A stretch of DNA of 56,776 nt from positions 1 through 56,776 of the forward strand of contig JBHIAH010000011.1 in assembly GCA_046758505.1 (NCBI GenBank). Reading direction: 5' to 3'. Under the pieces are notes generated by a model, which worked only from the letters and a program-made list of their open reading frames with translations, had not been told where the DNA came from and did no database searches. This document shows positions 19,016 through 29,961 of the stretch, piece by piece. The translations under genes were made by a program, and so were the position numbers. The DNA comes from Candidatus Methylomirabilales bacterium. GTDB taxonomy: Bacteria > Methylomirabilota > Methylomirabilia > Methylomirabilales > CSP1-5. Within the stretch, counting starts at the first letter, position 1. Every line of letters begins with the position of its first letter.

Positions 19016-19387
19016 CTACGCCCGCCGAATCATCTCGACCAACTCGTCCAGCTTCTCCTTAGACACCTTCTGGCCCCGAAGCGTCCGGAAAAGGAGAGGG
19101 AGACGTGCAACAACATCCCGCTTGCGTAAAACCTCTGGCGGTAGCTTCCCCCGCGATGCCCTTGCAAGGTCGAAGAACTGGTACCAGGCGTCGCTTCCCC
19201 GCCGGATCTTGAGAGCTTTCGCGTATTCAGTGAGCTTGGCCTCTGACTCCGGGGGAGGAAGGATCCCCCGTTCCAGCTTGCTGATATTTCCCGGATCGTA
19301 CCGGTGGATCTCGCAAAACTGGCGCAGGGTCATTTTGCGATCTATCCTCAGTTTCTTGAAGAACGCCCCAAACGCGTTTCTCCGCAT
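19016..19387 (-). CDS. XRE-family helix-turn-helix regulator
   Basis: FGAFFKKLR...TLRQFC...GNISKLERG..PPP; directly upstream of the ImmA gene. Confidence 0.85.
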   Translation of the reverse strand: MRRNAFGAFFKKLRIDRKMTLRQFCEIHRYDPGNISKLERGILPPPESEAKLTEYAKALKIRRGSDAWYQFFDLARASRGKLPPEVLRKRDVVARLPLLFRTLRGQKVSKEKLDELVEMIRRA

Positions 19388-19662
19388 CGGTCTACACCCC
19401 CTTCCGTTGTACTTAGTATACAACAGGCCTTGCCAGTTGGCAAGAAGAGGACACTTCGAGGGGGGGGACCGACAGCAACTCGATCCCGGGGCTGTTCGGG
19501 ATGATTCGACCGCCCGCGTCGGCTGAAGGGCAGATTGCCAAATAAAGTAGCGGCTGGCAGCCCTTGGCCTGACTTATTGTACTCCAATTGTGTGGCGCGG
19601 CTTAAGGGCCTTTTATAGGGTGGGGGGCTTATTAGGGCTAAGTAGGCGTGAACAAAAGAAGA

Positions 19663-20106
19663 GGCCGGAGTGGGCCTATAAGCCGGGTTCTGTGTTCGCC
19701 CGAAGGCGAACGGTGGTCATTCCTCTGGGTCCCGCATTGCTGCGGGACTCTAGCGGCCTACCCGTTCCGCCTGCCTTGCGGGCACGAGAGCGGGCCACTC
19801 TCCTCCCCGCTCACGCTCGATGAACGCCAGCGAGGAAGCGGAACCTATTTGGCCTTGCTCCGGGTGGGGTTTGCCAAGCCAGCCCGTCACCGGACTGCTG
19901 GTGCGCTCTTACCGCACCTTTTCACCCTTACCCCGCGGACAGCCCTTTTGAAGAAAGAGAGCAAAGGCTGCCGGCGGGGCGGTATATTTTCTGTGGCACT
20001 TTCCCTGGGGTTACCCCCGGTGGGCGTTACCCACCACCCTGCCCTGCGGAGCCCGGACTTTCCTCCCCGATCGAGGATCGGAGCGACCACCCGGCCCACT
20101 CCGGCC
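19663..20106 (-). ncRNA. rnpB: RNase P RNA, type A
   Basis: Minus strand has GAGGAAAGTCCGGGCTCC, AGTGCCACAGAAA, AGGGTGAAAAGGTGCGGTAAGAGCGCACC, GGCAAACCCC..GGAGCAAG and ACAGAACCCGGCTTATAG; ends pair as P1 (GGCCGGAGTGGGCC / GGCCCACTCCGGCC). Confidence 0.97.
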
Positions 20107-20149
20107 GTACATAGTATAGCCCGTTCATGCCCGCAGGACAAGGCAAGAA

Positions 20150-20338
20150 TCACCCACAAAAGGTACCGAGCGAGGCCGCAGGGCAACTGGCCCCCTTGCC
20201 GACCGGGTCCTGTGAGAAGCTCTCGGCCGGATTGGCCGGCTGGGGATGCGTCGCCTGGTCCAGGCGGTTCAAGAGGTCATAGACAAAACTGTGGGTGCCG
20301 TCCAGATCCGTCAGGCTCGTCCGATTACCTACGGCATT
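20150..20338 (-). pseudogene. RHS/YD-repeat gene fragment
   Basis: Minus-strand frame reads NAVGNRTSLTDLDGTHSFVYDLLNRLDQATHPQPANPAESFSQDPVGK; no start codon seen. Confidence 0.75.
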
Positions 20339-20352
20339 GGATGAATAATGTA

Positions 20353-20425
20353 CTTATCCCCTTTTCTCTTATCCCCTTTTCTTCGTTTTGGGGTCACGTT
20401 TTGGGGTCAAATCTTTTGTTGACAA
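20353..20425. repeat. tandem micro-duplications next to the RHS relic
   Basis: CTTATCCCCTTTTCT twice and GTTTTGGGGTCA twice, followed by AATCTTTTGTTGACA. Confidence 0.6.
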
Positions 20426-20623
20426 ATTCTACCAGGCCTCCGCCTCTGCGATCGGAATCGCCAAATCGGGCGAGATCAACCGGCGAGTGCTCCCCTTTGT
20501 ACCTAGGCAAAAGAGGAATGTCAACGCGAAATGCTTCCGGCGAGAGCCCGCAGCCGGCTAGAGCCTAGACTTGGATGCGGATCTTCGCTAAGGTAGCCGG
20601 GAGCCCGAAACGGGAGGACCTAG

Positions 20624-20896
20624 ATGAAGTGGGTCGGCGTAACGGTCATCATATTGTTTTTCCTGCTGCTCGGCGTCCGCCTGTTGCGTCGCCTCAGGTT
20701 CGGGGAAGCCACGATCCATATCGCCCACATGAACTCCGAGGCAGCGGCTACGGAGGTCGCCACGGCCTTACGGGGGCTCCAGGGCGTCGTGGAGGTCCGG
20801 ATGGACCTGGAAAAACACGTCGCCCGGATTACGTACAGGAAAGGACGGGTTGGGGTCGAGGACATGCTTCGCGCCCTGCACGGCGCGGGCTTCTGA
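20624..20896 (+). CDS. membrane-anchored heavy-metal-associated (HMA)-fold protein lacking CxxC
   Basis: GGAGG RBS; N-terminal TM; HMA pattern (AL..L.GV..V.MDL....A.ITY....V....M...L..AGF) with MNSEAA in place of MxCxxC. Confidence 0.7.
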   Translation: MKWVGVTVIILFFLLLGVRLLRRLRFGEATIHIAHMNSEAAATEVATALRGLQGVVEVRMDLEKHVARITYRKGRVGVEDMLRALHGAGF

Positions 20897-21082
20897 CCGG
20901 CATCGGAACGTTCTTCAGGCATAGACGCAGGGAGCAATTACGGCCACCGCTCCCGCGAGCGAGATCCGCGCAACATATCACAGGGCGAGGGGTGCCATCC
21001 TGGAAAGCCGGTTCGGGGCAGGTTGCATGAGCCCGCGATTCCTGCTAACGTACCACTACCTTGCGCAGAGGGGAGCTTGGAC

Positions 21083-21292
21083 ATGAAGGTCATCATCCGC
21101 CGCCCCCGGCGCGACGTCGAAATGTCCGGGAGCCGCCGCGTTCGGGATCTACTCCGGGAACTTCAGATCAACCCCGAGACGGTCCTCGTCGTCCGGGGAA
21201 CGGAGTTGCTCACCCCCGATGAACTCGTCAAGGATGAAGAGACCGTCGAGGTGGTGCCGGCTATCTCCGGAGGGTCAAACGATGAAGTGTAG
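21083..21292 (+). CDS. ttuB: ThiS/MoaD-like ubiquitin-fold sulfur carrier (TtuB-like)
   Basis: VEVVPAISGG near the C-terminus followed by SNDEV; overlaps ttuA. Confidence 0.8.
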   Translation: MKVIIRRPRRDVEMSGSRRVRDLLRELQINPETVLVVRGTELLTPDELVKDEETVEVVPAISGGSNDEV

Positions 21293-22205
21293 AACCTGTC
21301 CAGCCAAGGCGGTGATCGAAGTCAGGCGCCATAATGCCGCGTTCTGCAAGGGATGCTTCATCGCGCACGTTGAGCGTCAGGTCCAGAAAACCATCGAGAC
21401 CGAGAAAATGCTTTCCCGGGACGATCGGGTCCTGGTGGCGATCTCGGGGGGGAAGGACAGCCTCACCCTGTGGGAAGTCCTGCACCGCCTGGGCTACTCC
21501 ACCACCGGTTTTCACCTCGCCCTCGGGATCGGGGATTATTCGCCACTCGCCCGGGAGAAGGTGGAGGCCTACGCCAAGGGACAGGGGCTCCCCCTGATCG
21601 TCAGTGACGTCAAGGAGGAGTACGACTTCACCATCCCGGAACTGGCCCTCTACACTCCCCGCGTGCCGTGCTCGGCCTGCGGTCTGAGCAAGCGCTACCT
21701 GATGAACCGGAGCGCCCTCGAGGGAGGCTTCACGGTCCTGGCCACCGGCCACAATCTGGACGACGCCGCCGCCACCCTCCTGGGAAACCTGCTTCACTGG
21801 CAGACCGAGCAGCTCGGCCGAATGCGACCGGCCATGGAGGCCACCCACCCGAAGCTGGTCAAGACGGTGAAGCCGCTGATCCGCCTCACCGAACGGGAAA
21901 CCTTGGCATATACCATGCTGCGGGGGATCGACTACCACGAGGATGAGTGCCCCAACGCGGTGGGGGCAACCTCACTCGTGTACAAGGACCTGCTGAACCA
22001 GCTCGAGCACACCTCGCCCGGGGCAAAGCAGAGCTTCTACTATGGCTTTCTGAAGAAGGGCCGCGCAGCCTTCCTCGCCACGCAACCTGATGGCGTCCAT
22101 CTCACGGAGTGCGCAGTCTGCGGCCAGGCGACGACGACCGAGGCCTGCGCCTTTTGCCGGATGATGGAGCAGGCCCGCCGTAAGGCGGCGTCACGGAATC
22201 TCTGA
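21282..22205 (+). CDS. ttuA: tRNA 2-thiolation enzyme TtuA (TtcA/Ncs6 family)
   Basis: N-terminal CxxC...C..C zinc finger, PP-loop SGGKDS, PCSACG, TGHNLDD, CPN, C-terminal CxxC...CxxC. Confidence 0.9.
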   Translation: MKCRTCPAKAVIEVRRHNAAFCKGCFIAHVERQVQKTIETEKMLSRDDRVLVAISGGKDSLTLWEVLHRLGYSTTGFHLALGIGDYSPLAREKVEAYAKGQGLPLIVSDVKEEYDFTIPELALYTPRVPCSACGLSKRYLMNRSALEGGFTVLATGHNLDDAAATLLGNLLHWQTEQLGRMRPAMEATHPKLVKTVKPLIRLTERETLAYTMLRGIDYHEDECPNAVGATSLVYKDLLNQLEHTSPGAKQSFYYGFLKKGRAAFLATQPDGVHLTECAVCGQATTTEACAFCRMMEQARRKAASRNL

Positions 22206-22307
22206 ACGCTTCCTGCCGAGCACCTCCCGCGACTGCCGGGGGTACTCAGCGCCCGCTGTGCCTCTTCGTGTTCGCGTCGAATCCTTCCTACGCGAGCGAC
22301 CAGGCCT

Positions 22308-23894
22308 TCATGGTACATCGCTCTGCGCGAGCGACGTGAGCCGCCGAAGACATTCTGCTACCTCATCAGGATTTCTTAAGGCGTAACGGGCAATCGTGCG
22401 TCGAGAGTCCTCTCCGACCACAACACCGATACCAATGTCTTTCAGCGCCCTGAACGCATCTTCATCCGTCAGGTCGTCCCCTACATAGAGGGGCAGCACA
22501 GCAGTTGTGTCAAGACCGAGGGCCTGCAGGAGCCACAGGACCGCCTTTCCCTTATCCCAGTCAATCCTGGGTTGCAGTTCATAGACCTTCTTGCCGTCCA
22601 TCCTGCGGAGTTCCGGTTCCTGTGACAGGACAGCCTTGACGGCCTCCTGCACCGCTTTCATGTCGGCGGCCGCAACGAGACGGTGATGCACGGCGACGGA
22701 GTACTTCTTGCGTTCGATAATTGTCCCCTTCACTCGGTTCAACGCCTGCCGGAGGGTCTTTTCGGCTCGGTCTATTGCGGGGATATACCGGGCGGCTGGC
22801 TCATGTCGTTCCTGCCAGCCACGAGGGCCAGCAATATCAAACCCGTGACTGCCGGCGTAATAGAGCGCGTCTAACTGTACCAGTTGTTCAACGTCGCCGC
22901 GGTCGCGGCCGCTCACAATTGCTACCGTGCACCGATCCGCCAATGCCTTCACCGTATCTCGCATTTCCTGAGACATCGTGGCAAGCTCGGGGCGGTCGAC
23001 AATAGGCGTCAGCGTCCCATCATAATCGAGGAACAGGGCGAGGTGCCTCCCCCGTGCACCTCGGATGATCTCTTGGATCGAGTCCAGCGCAGACGGAAGC
23101 TCCTGGATGGGCCTGGTAAAGACATCTTCCCCTTGACCGATCGCGAGTTCCCCGATATCCGGAACGACGATGTCCGCCCCATGTTTCTGGAGGGCCGCGG
23201 CCTGGCCGGCCCTGTCGACGCCCACCACCAAGCCGAAGTGGCCAGCCCGGCCCGCTTGCACGCCGGCAAGCGCATCCTCAAAGACCACTGCACGCGCGGG
23301 AGGGACGCCGAGCAGCGTCGCTGCCTTCAGAAACATATCGGGCGCGGGCTTGCCCTGAAGATGCTGTCGAGCAATATCGAGACCATCAACCTTCGCGTCA
23401 AACAGGGCGGAGAGACCAGCCGCATCGAGCACGGGCCCACAGTTCTTGCTGGAGGAGACGATTGCCGTCTTGAGTCCTCGCGATCGCAAGGCATGGATGA
23501 ACGTAATCGTTGACGGATACGTTGCGACACCCTGTTCCCGCAGGGCCCGGTGGAATAACGAGTCCTTGCGGTTTCCCAGCCCACAAATTGTCTCCCGATC
23601 CGGCCCATCGGCCGAATCACCATACGGGAGGGTGATCCCGCGGGATTGAAGAAAGCTCCGCACCCCGTCGTAGCGCGGCTTGCCGTCCACGTAGCGGCGG
23701 TAGTCGGTGTCAACGTCGAACGGTTGAAACGGCTTCCCCTCGTCCGCCGCGCGGTGCTCTAAATACTCATCGAAAAGTTTCTTCCACGCGGCCGCATGGA
23801 CCCGCGCAGTTTTGGTCACCACGCCGTCGAGGTCGAAGATCGCAGCATCGAGTGTGTCCAGATTTATGATCAGCTTCGGGGATCCAGCGTCCAT
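22308..23894 (-). CDS. otsB: beta-phosphoglucomutase-like HAD + trehalose-6-phosphate phosphatase fusion
   Basis: FDLDGVVT...GKPAPD...FEDA N-domain; FLDYDGTL, SGR, AGSHG, DKGKA, GDDLTDED C-domain. Confidence 0.88.
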   Translation of the reverse strand: MDAGSPKLIINLDTLDAAIFDLDGVVTKTARVHAAAWKKLFDEYLEHRAADEGKPFQPFDVDTDYRRYVDGKPRYDGVRSFLQSRGITLPYGDSADGPDRETICGLGNRKDSLFHRALREQGVATYPSTITFIHALRSRGLKTAIVSSSKNCGPVLDAAGLSALFDAKVDGLDIARQHLQGKPAPDMFLKAATLLGVPPARAVVFEDALAGVQAGRAGHFGLVVGVDRAGQAAALQKHGADIVVPDIGELAIGQGEDVFTRPIQELPSALDSIQEIIRGARGRHLALFLDYDGTLTPIVDRPELATMSQEMRDTVKALADRCTVAIVSGRDRGDVEQLVQLDALYYAGSHGFDIAGPRGWQERHEPAARYIPAIDRAEKTLRQALNRVKGTIIERKKYSVAVHHRLVAAADMKAVQEAVKAVLSQEPELRRMDGKKVYELQPRIDWDKGKAVLWLLQALGLDTTAVLPLYVGDDLTDEDAFRALKDIGIGVVVGEDSRRTIARYALRNPDEVAECLRRLTSLAQSDVP

Positions 23895-24157
23895 GGCACC
23901 GGGACACCTTTCAGCGACCAATAATAATATTGTCTGAGGTACCCATGCAAGCGATACCTTCCATTACATCATAGGGTTCGTCAAGAGGCGGGTCCCCCCT
24001 TGCCCCCACAGCAAGTGAAGGGGGATCAGGTCTCCTCCGGAGTCGTACCCCTGTTTATTCCGTGCTGGACACCACGCGTTGGGATCAAGGGTTGCAAGGC
24101 TTCACCGCCCCCCACTCAAAGCAATACGTCGCAAAGGCGGGACCGTGGGCCGGAGAC

Positions 24158-25540
<1,383 letters not shown>

Positions 25541-25911
25541 ATCTCCCCTCCTGTTGGGTGGTTGCAGCACAAAAACATGCCCGAGAGAGACTTGACACAT
25601 TTGAAGCATATCATACCTCTTACGAGTCATGTAGAGCATACGAGGGACCACAGGTGGACGCCAGGCAGGCGGGGACATAACTGTAAGAAGGCAGGGATGT
25701 ATGCAGATCGAGATGCGACAGGCCAAAGACCGACGATCCGGTGCTGACGGCCCCCAAGAATTGCTGCGATAAGCTGGCGCGACGGCCAGACCCCCTGAGG
25801 TCTGGCGATAAGGGTAGAGTTTCTTTGACACCGACGCCCATTCGGGGCATCATTACCGGGCAAGACGGTGTCCGGGCTCAGAAAAACCGGGTGGGTAAAG
25901 GAGGAAACGGA

Positions 25912-27195
25912 ATGCTACCGAAGGTCGCCATCGGTCGACACTGTTGTGCGCAGTCCACCAACCTGGAGAACTACCAGCCCCTCGTGGGGAACGGATTGAT
26001 CGAAGAGGTGAAGGAACTGGCCGCCGCGCTCTCGGGAGTCCGTCTCTGCCACATCAACAGTACCGTGGCTGGCGGAGGCGTGGCTGAACTGTTGGGACGC
26101 CACATCCCGATCCTGCAGGCCCTCGGCATTTCGGCCGACTGGCGCTTGATCCACGGCGACCCCCGTTTCTTTCAGGTGACCAAGGGCTTCCATAATGCAT
26201 TGCAGGGGGGAGCGTTTCCACTCTCCCAGGACGTTCGGGAAACGTACCTGGAGCACAATCGGGAAAGTGCCAGGCTCCTCGAAGTGGACTATGATGTCTA
26301 CATCGTCCACGACCCCCAGCCCGCCGCGATCCGACATTTTGCACGAGGTCGGAAAGCCATATGGATCTGGCGGTGTCACATCGACAGCTCAGAACCCGAA
26401 CCGGAGGTCTGGGCCTTCCTGCGCGAGTTCGTCCAAGAGTACGACGCGGTGGTTTTCACCATGCCGGAGTTCTGCCCACCCGACCTGACGGTTGGCCGGG
26501 TGGCCTTTATCCCCCCGGCCATTGACCCCCTGAGCACGAAGAACATGGCCCTGCCCGAGGAGATCTGTCGCCGTGCGCTAGCCGATTCCGGCCTCGACCT
26601 GCACCGCCCCATTCTGCTCCAGGTCTCCCGGTTCGACCCCTGGAAGGACCCCCTGGGGGTGATCCACGTCTATCGTCTGGTCAAGGAGGCCAGGCCGGAG
26701 GTCCAGTTGGCCCTGGTCGGATCGATGGCCGGCGATGACCCGGAGGGGTGGGCACTGCTCGAGATCGTGAACGAAGAAGCGGCCAAGGATCCGGACCTAT
26801 ACGTTTTCACGAACCTGACCGGCGTGGGGAACATGGAGGTTAATGCCTTCCAGCGGGGGGTCGACCTGGTGATCCAGAAATCCCTCAAGGAGGGCTTTGG
26901 CCTGGTGGTCTCGGAGGCGTTCTGGAAGGGGAAGCCGGTCGTGGCCGGCAAGGCGGGGGGGATTCCGATGCAGTTTCCCCCCGAGTTCCGCAGTTACCTG
27001 GTCGAAAGCGTGGAGGAATGTGCCGAGAAGGTGCTGAAGCTGGTCGACCATCCCGGCGTCCGGGCGGAGTTTGGCCGCGCCGGACGGGAGCGGGTCCGGC
27101 AAGAGTTCCTCCTCCCCCGGCTCATCCGAGACGAGCTCGCCCTGGTCCGAAGCCTCCTGGCGGACGGTGCCGCGGCCCAGCGAGATACGGTGTGA
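25912..27195 (+). CDS. treT: glycosyltransferring trehalose synthase TreT (GT4)
   Basis: NSTVAGGGVAE, HNALQG, HDPQP, WRCHID, SRFDPWKDP, EGFGLVVSEA; AAAGGAGG RBS. Confidence 0.88.
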   Translation: MLPKVAIGRHCCAQSTNLENYQPLVGNGLIEEVKELAAALSGVRLCHINSTVAGGGVAELLGRHIPILQALGISADWRLIHGDPRFFQVTKGFHNALQGGAFPLSQDVRETYLEHNRESARLLEVDYDVYIVHDPQPAAIRHFARGRKAIWIWRCHIDSSEPEPEVWAFLREFVQEYDAVVFTMPEFCPPDLTVGRVAFIPPAIDPLSTKNMALPEEICRRALADSGLDLHRPILLQVSRFDPWKDPLGVIHVYRLVKEARPEVQLALVGSMAGDDPEGWALLEIVNEEAAKDPDLYVFTNLTGVGNMEVNAFQRGVDLVIQKSLKEGFGLVVSEAFWKGKPVVAGKAGGIPMQFPPEFRSYLVESVEECAEKVLKLVDHPGVRAEFGRAGRERVRQEFLLPRLIRDELALVRSLLADGAAAQRDTV

Positions 27196-27208
27196 AAGGA
27201 AACACAGC

Positions 27209-28180
27209 ATGGAACGGATTGCGGTCCTGACGAGCGGGGGGGATGCCCCCGGCATGAACGCGGCGATCCGCGCGGTGGTCCGCACCGGCCTCGATCGCGG
27301 CTGGGAGGTTTGTGGCGTTCGCCATGGTTACGCCGGCCTGCTCGCCGGCGAGATGGCGTCGCTCAGCGTCCGTGACGTGGGGGGCATCCTCCAGTACGGG
27401 GGAACGGTCCTGGGTAGTGCCCGAAGCCCCGAGTTCGAGACGGCCACCGGCCGCGAGGCGGCCCTCGCCCACCTCCGGGAACGGAACATCGATGCCCTCG
27501 TCGTCATCGGAGGGGGCGGGTCCCAGACCGGCGCCCACGCCCTCGCGCAGATGGGGGTCCGGGTCGTCGGCGTCGCCTCCACCATTGACAACGACCTCTG
27601 CGGCACTGATGTTACCATCGGGGTCGATACCGCCCTGAACATCGCCCTGGAGGCAATCGACCGGCTCAAGACCACGGCCTCCTCGCATCAGCGGGCGTTC
27701 CTCGTCGAGGTGATGGGCCGGGACTGCGGCTACCTGGCGTTGATGGCCGGCCTGGCCGGGGGTGCCGAGGCAGTCGTCCTCCCCGAGGTCGAGACGAATC
27801 CTGAGGCCGTGGCTGCCCAACTCCGCGCAGCCTACGAGCGGGGGAAGCGCCACGCCCTGGTCGTCGTAGCCGAGGGGGCCACGCATAACGCCGCGGCAAT
27901 GGCGGCCCACTTCCGCAAACATCAAGAGAGGTTCGCGTTCGAGCTCCGGGTGACCACGCTGGGGCACGTGCAGCGGGGGGGGGCCCCGGGGGCTTTCGAC
28001 CGAATCCTGGCCACCCGCCTGGGGGCCGGGGCGACGGAGGCGCTCGCCCGCGGGGAACACGGCGTGCTGGTCGGTTTCCGCTGGGGGGAGGTAACCACCA
28101 CGCCTCTCTCCGAAGTCGTAGGAAAGAGAAAAGCTCTCGATCTCCGCATGCTGGACCTGTTACGCATCCTGGCCAAGTGA
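27209..28180 (+). CDS. pfkA: 6-phosphofructokinase
   Basis: IAVLTSGGDAPGMNAAIR, TIDND, EVMGR, LGHVQRGG. Confidence 0.93.
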   Translation: MERIAVLTSGGDAPGMNAAIRAVVRTGLDRGWEVCGVRHGYAGLLAGEMASLSVRDVGGILQYGGTVLGSARSPEFETATGREAALAHLRERNIDALVVIGGGGSQTGAHALAQMGVRVVGVASTIDNDLCGTDVTIGVDTALNIALEAIDRLKTTASSHQRAFLVEVMGRDCGYLALMAGLAGGAEAVVLPEVETNPEAVAAQLRAAYERGKRHALVVVAEGATHNAAAMAAHFRKHQERFAFELRVTTLGHVQRGGAPGAFDRILATRLGAGATEALARGEHGVLVGFRWGEVTTTPLSEVVGKRKALDLRMLDLLRILAK

Positions 28181-28394
28181 GGAACCTCCGGGTCTGGGCC
28201 TCTCGAATGAGGGTCTGATGACGGGGGACGTCTCCTTGGACAATGCGAACCGGCTATATCTGACTCCGCGAGCGGTTTGCACCCGGGGCGTAATGGAAGA
28301 AAAACTTTCACCCTGCCCCACGCAGCATCCGGGCGACCACGTGTGTCATCACGGGGATACCCATCAGCAGGGAAGCCTGCAAGGAGAAGGGAAG

Positions 28395-29749
28395 ATGATG
28401 GCACGAAAACTCATACCCATCGGCATGGCAAGCCTGATGTTCCTCGGTCCCGCCCTGGCTCGAGCCGGTTCCGAACGCCTGTCCCTCAAGCGGGCCATCG
28501 AGGTCGCCCTTGACAAGAGTCCGCTCCTTCAGGCAGCTCGACACGAGGTCGAAGCGGTCGAAGCGGGTGTGGGCCAGGCCCGAGCCGGTTTCCTTCCTAA
28601 GCTTGATATAAGTGAATCCTTTACCCGCGCCGACAACCCGGTTTTCGCCTTCAGTTCCAAGTTGGACGAGGGCCGCTTCACCCAGGCCGACTTCGAGGTT
28701 GATCGTCTGAACCGCCCAGGTCCAGAGAACAATTTTCGAACGAACCTCTCCCTCGCCCAGCCGATCTACACGGCGGGGAGGGCCTCCATTGGCTTGCAAC
28801 GGGCCCGGTTGAGCCGGGACGCCAGCGCCCGGGGCTTCATCCGCGAGCGGCAGAGGGTGCTCTTCCAGGTGGCGAAGGCCTATTACGGTGTCCTGTTGGC
28901 CCAGGAAAATCTGGAGGTGATCCAAAGCGCACTCAGAGCGGCCCAGGCCAATGTCGAGCTGGCCAGGCTCGTTTCGAGACCGGGCTTGTGGTCGAATCTG
29001 ACCTCCTGTCCGCGAAGGTCCGCTTGGCGAGTCTCCGCCAACAGGAAATCGCCGCAGCAAATCAGGTAACGTTGGCCAAGGCCGCCTTGAACGATGCCAT
29101 GGGACTTCCTCTGGAGGAGGAATGGATCATTGCCGATCGGCTGGGCCAGCGGCCCGCTCGCCACCAGGAACCAGAGGCCCTGCCAGCCCTGGCTCTGGAA
29201 AGGCGCCCCGACTACGAGAGACTCAGCCTTGAGGAGCGAGCGGCACAGCGGGGGATCGCATTGGCCCGCGCCGAATTTCTCCCCACATTGAGCGCCACGG
29301 CCCGCTACGAACTGAACCAGCTGAACTTCACCTCCGATGGGCAGGATAGCTGGTTTGTTGGCGTCGTCTTCGAGTGGAACCTGTTCAACGGACTGAGCGA
29401 CCGGGCGAAGGTCGCAGAGGCTGGGGCCCGACTCGCACAGACCCGCGCCCTCCGGGCCAGGAGGGCCAGCGCGATCAAGCTGGAAGTGAAGGATGCTTTC
29501 TTGAAGCACAAGACAGCCAAAGAACGCATCGGCGTGGCACAAGGGGCTGTGGTCCAGGCGGAGGAGTCCCTCAGGATCGTGAAGGATCGCTACGGTGCAG
29601 GCCTCAGCACCATCGTTAATCTGTTGGCGAGCGAGGCAGCCCTCACCCAGGCAAGGGGGAATCTCGCGCTGGCCCTTTACGACTACAACGTGGGCCTGGC
29701 CAACCTGGAGCTGGCTCTGGGGACCATCAGTAAGGATTCATTCCAATAA
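28395..29749 (+). pseudogene. TolC-family outer-membrane efflux protein, frameshifted near 28964
   Basis: Signal peptide and LSLKRAIEVAL..SP in one frame, second OEP repeat in another; inserting one base at GGCC^AGGCT restores ELAxARFETGLVVESDLL. Confidence 0.85.
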
Positions 29750-29930
29750 GCAGTCAGCAGCCAGGTGTCAGCTGTCAGCAACGACCGATGCCCGATGACC
29801 GATAAGATCGACAATCGGCTGTCAGCGATCCGCTCTCAGCGGGAAGGCTGGCAGACTCGAATGCTTCTAGCCTCTGACGACTCGAACTCTTTCGCGTTCT
29901 ACCATTTGAGCTTGCCAGCATTCTACTAGC
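29750..29930. repeat. heptamer tandem-repeat array (CAGTCAG/CTGTCAG, GACCGAT types)
   Basis: CAGTCAG CAGCCAG GTGTCAG CTGTCAG ... GACCGAT GCCCGAT GACCGAT between tolC and the adaptor gene. Confidence 0.6.
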
Positions 29931-29961
29931 CACGACGGGATGGGATGATGGGAGTGGTCGA

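Noticed and set aside
15480..19680. att-site duplication of the rnpB 3' end bounding the accessory tract
   Set aside because: No second copy of the rnpB terminal sequence found by eye and no integrase present.
28218..28394. His/Cys-containing N-terminal extension of TolC
   Set aside because: The RBS and signal peptide begin at 28395; the upstream in-frame stretch is probably non-coding.
28955..28990. Programmed ribosomal frameshift in tolC
   Set aside because: No slippery heptamer or homopolymer at the junction.
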